From the NCBI GenBank assembly GCA_963835575.1, contig CAWIGG010000004.1, positions 480,001 through 544,000 on the forward strand: 64,000 nt of DNA, given 5' to 3'. The translations under genes were made by a program, and so were the position numbers. Each line of letters opens with the position of its first letter. Positions within the stretch are counted from its first letter, which is position 1. Shown piece by piece: positions 58,351-64,000 of this stretch. The DNA is from an uncultured Spirochaetota bacterium (GTDB lineage: Bacteria > Spirochaetota > Brevinematia > Brevinematales > JAOACQ01). Under the pieces are notes generated by a model. That model saw only the letters and a program-made list of their open reading frames with translations, was not told the origin of the DNA and searched no databases.

Positions 58351-58413
58351 ATAGTTTTCCTCGCCATTTTGTCAGGCCGCACTGGAGTGGCAAACAAAAT
58401 GGCGAGGGGCTAT
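58351..58413. repeat. Hairpin homologous to 23126-23186
   Basis: CCTCGCCATTTTGT, 21-nt loop, ACAAAATGGCGAGG. Confidence 0.7.
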
Positions 58414-58474
58414 TAAAAAGCTATTAGCATAAGAATTGTTCAATTGAGGAACAATTATTTTGGAGGGCAGGCAT

Positions 58475-59815
58475 ATGAGAATAAGTGTGGAAGCGGTCTT
58501 ATTCTTATTTTTTGTATTTTCATTTAACGCAATTTCTTTCAGTCAGGACCAGAGTTCTTCTTCGAACCAGAACCCGGAAAATCCGGTTCTTGAGAGTCAA
58601 AACAATTCAAATCAGCAGTTGGCGCCGACCTGGAAAGCAGGCTTTCAATTCGGAGGAATGTCAATTAACGGCAATGACTATAATGCCATCAGGCTTCAGC
58701 CGGAATTTTCAATATGGAAATTCGGTTTAGGTCTGGACTTGAATTTTGAATTTGATGCTGGCGGCCGGTTCAGGGTGACCGAATGGAATTCCTGGCAGGC
58801 TGTTGTATCAAAAATTCTCTATCTGCGGTTTGGTTTTAAAAGAGAACCGATTTATGCTAAAGTGGGAAGCATCAACGATTTTACTCTGGGGAATGGTTTT
58901 ATTGTGGACCGTTATTCCAATATGCTGAATTATCCCTCTATAAAAAAGCTGGGCTTTGCTTTTGATATTGATTTTCATTATGCGGGTTTTGAATCAATGA
59001 CTGATAATATCTTCGATTGGGATATTCTTGGTCTCAGGGCTTTCGGAAGGCCTCTCATCGGTACGGGAATTCCGCTTCTGGATAAGCTTGAAATCGGCGC
59101 GACAATCGCGGCTGATCTGGATACTCATAATCCTATCCCTCCGGCAGATAGTCCGTATGATTTTACTGATAGTACGAACAGTACGAATTCAGTGGTATGT
59201 TATGGGGCAGATATCGGCATTCCTCTACTTGATACAGCCGCTTTTTATCTGAAGTCTTATGTTGATTTTGCGGCCATAATGAATAAAGGAACAGGAGAAG
59301 CTCTGGGTATCGGGGGCAGCGTAATACAGATGATACCGTATAAACTGGAATTGAGAATACTTCAGCCCAGATTCATTCCTTCATATTTTGATTCATATTA
59401 TGATGCCGCCAGGGCATATAAATATGATAGCCTGGACCTCCTGACCTCTGATAATATCGGATGGCTGGCTTCTACAGGCATAACGCTTTTGGACAATTTA
59501 TTTGTATGGAATGTTCAGATGGAAGGTTCTTTTTCATCAGACATAAAACCTTCATTCATGACCACAATAAGATTGTCAAAAAATCTGTTTAAAATAATAG
59601 GTGTTCAATTAACATGGATGAGGCAGAATATTTCATCTTTTAGTGATGTTTTTATAATTCAGGACGGAAATTCTCTATTGTTATTGACCATTAATTATTT
59701 TATTTCCGAGAACCTGGCTATTACTCTTGATTACAAACGGACATTTGAAATGGATTCGAGCGGCCAGATTAATCCTTTTACTTCTACTACGATCAGCACA
59801 AAAATCATCTTCTAA
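58475..59815 (+). CDS. Exported, probably outer-membrane beta-rich hypothetical protein
   Basis: Signal peptide, amphipathic beta strands, C-terminal Phe; shares a domain with the next gene. Confidence 0.7.
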   Translation: MRISVEAVLFLFFVFSFNAISFSQDQSSSSNQNPENPVLESQNNSNQQLAPTWKAGFQFGGMSINGNDYNAIRLQPEFSIWKFGLGLDLNFEFDAGGRFRVTEWNSWQAVVSKILYLRFGFKREPIYAKVGSINDFTLGNGFIVDRYSNMLNYPSIKKLGFAFDIDFHYAGFESMTDNIFDWDILGLRAFGRPLIGTGIPLLDKLEIGATIAADLDTHNPIPPADSPYDFTDSTNSTNSVVCYGADIGIPLLDTAAFYLKSYVDFAAIMNKGTGEALGIGGSVIQMIPYKLELRILQPRFIPSYFDSYYDAARAYKYDSLDLLTSDNIGWLASTGITLLDNLFVWNVQMEGSFSSDIKPSFMTTIRLSKNLFKIIGVQLTWMRQNISSFSDVFIIQDGNSLLLLTINYFISENLAITLDYKRTFEMDSSGQINPFTSTTISTKIIF

Positions 59816-59835
59816 ACACTCAAGAGGAGGAGCTT

Positions 59836-61797
59836 ATGAAGACTTTTTGTTTATTTTCAGCTTTATTTATACTGGTCATATTAATCCCTTCTCATTTATT
59901 TTCAAAAAAAGATAATCTGTCTAAATTATCAGGGAATGTCCTGACTGTCAGCGGGTTCATCGGGGATTGTGAAATGAAATATGAAGGCGGCGAATGGCAG
60001 GGCTTATATATTGGCGATAAAGTCCCTGAAAACTCAGAAGTCCGCGTCAATGGTCAGAATGATTACCTTGAGCTTGATTTTCCTGACGGCTCTACATTAA
60101 AAATATCGGGGCTGACAAGTGTAAGAATCAGTGATATCCTTAATAAAAAAAATAACGGCAAGCAGGAAAGTTTTATTTCCTTACTGACCGGAAAATTGTT
60201 TGCTTCGGTTAAACCGTCTTCCGATCAGGATTTTAAAGTAGAAACACAGACAGCCATCGCGGCGGTCCGGGGTACAAAATTCACTGTTTCATTCAGCCCG
60301 AGTGAGGGAGGCCAGGTATTTGTCGGAGAAGGCGCGGTGGCGCTTAAAGACATTGAAGGAAAGTTTAACGAGGTAGTTGTTAAAGAAGGGTTTGTCAGTG
60401 AAATTCCGGCGGAAGTTGGCGAACCTCCGTCAGCTCCTAAGGAAGCCTCGAAAGAGGTTGTAAATGATTATCAGACAGAATTAAGCAATATTCAGCAGGA
60501 AAAGATGGAAACAACAGTGCCGGTTCAGGAAACAACGCCCGTGAAAACAGAAGAAAAGGCGCAGAAACCCGGAAGGGGATGCAGTGAACAGGGCTTAAAC
60601 TGGTCTGTCAGCGCTGAAACTCTTGATAATTCTGTCTGGAATAAAGTGCTCCTCAGTCCGACTTTTAAGTTCGGCGACTTTTCATTCGGGCTTTACCTGG
60701 CGCTCTACTTTAAAAATCTGGAAGACCTCGGGTATATTGATAGGTGGTATAATAAAGACGAATGGGATTTTTCTTCCTGGCAGGATGCTCTGCATGATCT
60801 TCTGCTTAAAATACGTTTTGCCCAGTATCAAAACGGTTTCATGCTGGCCGCAATCGGCAGCCTTGACAGTATGACAATCGGGCATGGTTCGCTTGTTGAC
60901 GGTTACGCGAACGATATTGAATTCCCGGCAGTGAGAAAAGTAGGCTTTCAATTCAATATCGACGCTGACTGGGTCGGCTTTGAAAGTATGACGGGCGATG
61001 CGTTTTTAATGCAGTTGTTTGCCGGCAGGTTATTCGCGAGGCCTTTTAAAGCCGTTCCTATAATCGGTAAAACAGCATTCGGTATTTCAGGCTTTATAGA
61101 TACTGATCCGCTTCTTGACGGAAAAAGAAAAGTTTTCGGCTATGGGGCGGATATCGATTATCCTTTAATAGATTTTGATTCCTTTAAAACAATTTTGTAT
61201 GGAGATGTGGCGACCCTGGGTTATCATGACGAGGTGATCAAGGATGACGACAGCCAGGTCGGTTATGGGATTTTTACAGGCGTTAAGGGAAGCCTTGCGG
61301 TCCTTGATTATAAAGCGGAATACCGCTATATAGCAGGCGGTTTTATGCCGTCCTATATAGATAAATTTTATGATATGGATAAAACTGAAAATTATTATCA
61401 GCTTATTTCACATACTCTCCCGGATTTTAACGGATTCCTGCTGGAGGCCGGTAAGAAATTCGAAGGAATAGGAAGCATAACAGCGAGCTATCAGCATCTA
61501 TTCCCTATGGATTCTTCGACAAATATATATAATTTTCTGCATCTGGAAGCTTCTGTCAGCAAATGCCTGTTTCAAAAGGCATATGGTACCATAGCTTATG
61601 ACAGGAAAAATTTTATTTTTTCTGATTTATACAACAGCTTTGTGGGAAATGGAGTAATTGTCACGACCCAGATATTTTATGAGATTACCGAAGGTGTTTA
61701 TGTCGGGCTATTATATAAAAAATATTATGAAACGGATGCTTTTGGGAATTTGACGGAAAAATTTACGGTCGGATTGCAGACTCAAATGGGTCTATAG
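59836..61797 (+). CDS. FecR-domain protein fused to a beta-rich domain paralogous to the upstream gene
   Basis: LDFPDGSTLKI, FKVETQTAIAAVRGTKF.V, V.EG.V FecR signature. Confidence 0.78.
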   Translation: MKTFCLFSALFILVILIPSHLFSKKDNLSKLSGNVLTVSGFIGDCEMKYEGGEWQGLYIGDKVPENSEVRVNGQNDYLELDFPDGSTLKISGLTSVRISDILNKKNNGKQESFISLLTGKLFASVKPSSDQDFKVETQTAIAAVRGTKFTVSFSPSEGGQVFVGEGAVALKDIEGKFNEVVVKEGFVSEIPAEVGEPPSAPKEASKEVVNDYQTELSNIQQEKMETTVPVQETTPVKTEEKAQKPGRGCSEQGLNWSVSAETLDNSVWNKVLLSPTFKFGDFSFGLYLALYFKNLEDLGYIDRWYNKDEWDFSSWQDALHDLLLKIRFAQYQNGFMLAAIGSLDSMTIGHGSLVDGYANDIEFPAVRKVGFQFNIDADWVGFESMTGDAFLMQLFAGRLFARPFKAVPIIGKTAFGISGFIDTDPLLDGKRKVFGYGADIDYPLIDFDSFKTILYGDVATLGYHDEVIKDDDSQVGYGIFTGVKGSLAVLDYKAEYRYIAGGFMPSYIDKFYDMDKTENYYQLISHTLPDFNGFLLEAGKKFEGIGSITASYQHLFPMDSSTNIYNFLHLEASVSKCLFQKAYGTIAYDRKNFIFSDLYNSFVGNGVIVTTQIFYEITEGVYVGLLYKKYYETDAFGNLTEKFTVGLQTQMGL

Positions 61798-61813
61798 AAT
61801 TTTTAAAAATAGT

Positions 61814-61842
61814 AAAGGGCTGTCTTTCGACAGCCCTTTTTT
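61814..61842. terminator. Rho-independent terminator, likely bidirectional
   Basis: AAAGGGCTGTC-TTTC-GACAGCCCTTTTTT between convergent genes. Confidence 0.85.
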
Positions 61843-62183
61843 CATGTTTTTTTTAGGAACGGCAGGAATTTGACATCCTGAGCCACGATCTGCACTGAGC
61901 TCCGGTTTTTGCCTTCCTCAGTTTTCCAGCGGGATTGTCTGAGCTTGCCGGAAACAATAATTTTCCTTCCTTTTTTCAGGTAAGTGGAACAGATTTCCGC
62001 CAGCTTGCCCCAGGCGCTGATGTCAAAATAGCTGACATCTTCGGCTTTTTCACCATTTTTGTAGGTGATGTTTGTGTTAGCCACACTGAACTTTGTGTAA
62101 GCCAATCCGTCCGAAGTGTACTTCAGCTCCGGGTCTTTGACCACTCCGCCTTCTACCACAATCACGTTTACTCCAGCTTGCAT
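61842..62183 (-). CDS. ssb: Single-stranded DNA-binding protein (short, no acidic tail)
   Basis: VN.IVVEG..VKDPELKYT, FSVA, AWGKLAEIC..YLKKGRKI.VSGKLRQSRW. Confidence 0.9.
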   Translation of the reverse strand: MQAGVNVIVVEGGVVKDPELKYTSDGLAYTKFSVANTNITYKNGEKAEDVSYFDISAWGKLAEICSTYLKKGRKIIVSGKLRQSRWKTEEGKNRSSVQIVAQDVKFLPFLKKT

Positions 62184-62513
62184 ATCAAGCCTCCTTTTTT
62201 GTTATATTATCCTTAATACCTGAAACATGTTAAATTATATTAATATAGTGTATAATAATTGATAATTATATTTAACAATATTATTACAATATACGGGATA
62301 TAATATTGGTATATAAAAACGATGGACGCTTCTTCAACATTTGATATCATTAGTTTAAGTGAAAAATATAATTATAATTTGATGTTGAAACACATGGATT
62401 ACTGAATATTTAGTAAAATTTATCTTATAAATTTTTGTAACATTTAATCTTTCAGGCTAAAATATCAGAGAAATTTCTGCGAAGATAAAAAATATAACAA
62501 ATTGGAGGGCAAT

Positions 62514-63635
62514 ATGAAACCAACGGCAAAACCGGTCATTACAAATTTTTCGTCGGGGCCTTGCGCGAAGCGGCCTGGATATAAACTTGAGAACCTTAAA
62601 GACGCTCCTTTGGGCAGGTCGCATAGAAGCTCGCTGGGTAAAGCCAAACTGCAGAAGGCAATCGAAGATACCAAGCGCATACTGGGGATTCCTAAGGATT
62701 ATCTGGTTGGTATTGTTCCGGCTTCCGATACCGGGGCCATGGAAATGGCTCTCTGGTCATTACTCGGACAGCGCGGAGTGGATGTGCTTTATTGGGAATC
62801 CTTCGGCAAGGAATGGGCGGATGACATTCAGAAACAGCTTAAGCTTCCCAATGTCCGTGTTTTTCAGGCCGAATACGGCAGGATCCCTGATCTGAAGCAG
62901 GCGGATTTCAAAAGTGATATTGTTTTTGTATGGAACGGCACTACCAGCGGAGTAAAAGTGCCCAACGGCGATTGGATTTCAGACAGCCGCGAAGGGTTGA
63001 CCATCTGCGATGCTACATCGGCGGTTTATGCCATGCCGGTTCCGTGGAATAAACTCGATGTCATAACATTTTCCTGGCAGAAAGTATTGGGCGGAGAAGC
63101 GGCGCATGGCATGCTTGTCCTTTCTCCACGCGCTGTAAAGCGCCTTGAAACTTATACTCCCGCTTGGCCTTTGCCTAAAATATTCCGCATGACAAAAAAG
63201 GGCGAAGTGATGAAGGAAATATTCGAAGGTTCGACGATAAATACGCCCTCAATGCTTTGCAATGAGGATTATCTGGACGCGCTGGCCTGGGCCGATAAGA
63301 TAGGCGGCCTGAAAGGGCTTATGGACAGGTCAAACTCGAATTTGGGCGTTTTTGAAAAATTTGTGGAGACTCATGGCTGGATCCATTTCCTGGCCGAGAC
63401 AAAAGAGATCCGCTCCAATACAAGCGTCTGTTTTAAAGTTGATTTAACGGAAGAACAGGTGAAAATTTTTGTGAAACTTCTGGGAAAAGAAGGCGTTGCC
63501 AATGACTGCGGCGCTTACCGCGACGCTCCGGCAGGTCTCAGGTTCTGGTGCGGAGCAACAGTGGAAAAATCGGATATTGAGGCTCTTTTACCCTGGCTTG
63601 AATGGGCTTATGAGGAAGCAAAAAAAGCGGGTTAG
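62514..63635 (+). CDS. serC: Phosphoserine aminotransferase (Methanosarcina/alphaproteobacterial type)
   Basis: [71 protein letters not shown]. Confidence 0.93.
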   Translation: MKPTAKPVITNFSSGPCAKRPGYKLENLKDAPLGRSHRSSLGKAKLQKAIEDTKRILGIPKDYLVGIVPASDTGAMEMALWSLLGQRGVDVLYWESFGKEWADDIQKQLKLPNVRVFQAEYGRIPDLKQADFKSDIVFVWNGTTSGVKVPNGDWISDSREGLTICDATSAVYAMPVPWNKLDVITFSWQKVLGGEAAHGMLVLSPRAVKRLETYTPAWPLPKIFRMTKKGEVMKEIFEGSTINTPSMLCNEDYLDALAWADKIGGLKGLMDRSNSNLGVFEKFVETHGWIHFLAETKEIRSNTSVCFKVDLTEEQVKIFVKLLGKEGVANDCGAYRDAPAGLRFWCGATVEKSDIEALLPWLEWAYEEAKKAG

Positions 63636-63645
63636 ATTTAATAGG

Positions 63646-63674
63646 AAAGGGGCATTAAAAATGTCCCTTTTTTT
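63646..63674 (+). terminator. Rho-independent terminator after serC
   Basis: AAAGGGGCAT-TAAAA-ATGTCCCTTT followed by a T run. Confidence 0.75.
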
Positions 63675-63717
63675 ATGGCTAAAATCTGAACAATTAAATT
63701 TTGTTTAACTGCCTCTG

Positions 63718-64000
63718 CTATTCACTTTTGTAATACTTGATTTTCCTTTTAATGAGGGAGATATATTTGCTTTGCACTTTTGCTAGATCCGGATCTGTAT
63801 CATAAGATTTTAGCGTTTGAGATATCCAGTTTCCTTCTTTATCGTATTCATATTTATATTGCCATAAGTGATATAATTTATCATTGTAATTAAAGAGTTT
63901 TTTTTCTGTTAAATTATTAAATTCATCATATTGGAAAGTATAACGCTCTTTTAATTCTCCCGATATTTCATATGTTATTTTTTCCGATAAATTTCCATTT
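63718..64000 (-). CDS. C-terminal part of a YD-repeat-like protein (start outside window)
   Basis: Not in ORF track: ...YTFQYDEFNNLTEK...YKYEYDKEGNWISQ...IKRKIKYYKSE*. Confidence 0.7.
   Translation of the reverse strand, partial: NGNLSEKITYEISGELKERYTFQYDEFNNLTEKKLFNYNDKLYHLWQYKYEYDKEGNWISQTLKSYDTDPDLAKVQSKYISLIKRKIKYYKSE

Noticed and set aside
63718..63800. Possible frameshift near the end of the YD-repeat gene
   Set aside because: Recounting shows a continuous frame to ...KIKYYKSE*.
1..64000. tRNA, rRNA, CRISPR arrays, integron attC arrays, riboswitches
   Set aside because: None recognised by eye; a covariance-model search would be needed to exclude small RNAs.

Overview
Bacterial chromosomal window. 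The gene set (WhiG/FliA sigma factor, HprK/HPr, TPR-Mrr protein, Thr-Asn-rich exported proteins) suggests a spirochete-like organism; this is inference, not a classification. The backbone is housekeeping: cdaA, proA, nadD, murA, pckG, an Rrf2-cysK-metY-thiS-thiF sulfur operon, valS, ntrY/ntrX-like genes, ptsH-hprK-hpf-fliA, ssb and serC. Three IS insertions can be removed cleanly on paper. Two 1,676-bp IS1182-family copies split a ~1,867-aa REC-12xPAS-kinase gene and a BtuC/FecCD permease gene. One 2,592-bp IS21-family element splits a 629-aa GHKL/MORC-like ATPase gene. The best candidate for an undescribed system is a strongly AT-rich, tightly coupled three-gene operon at 28.7-35.5 kb on the minus strand: B12-binding-like radical SAM enzyme, then GHKL/MORC-like ATPase, then a class III nucleotide cyclase with non-canonical specificity residues. 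It has a near-consensus promoter and an adjacent double-HTH XRE gene. The whole island lies between 47-bp inverted arms built from ~9-nt periodic units, and two short cassettes elsewhere in the window share that architecture. Note that valS is on the + strand although the ORF track labels it '-'.
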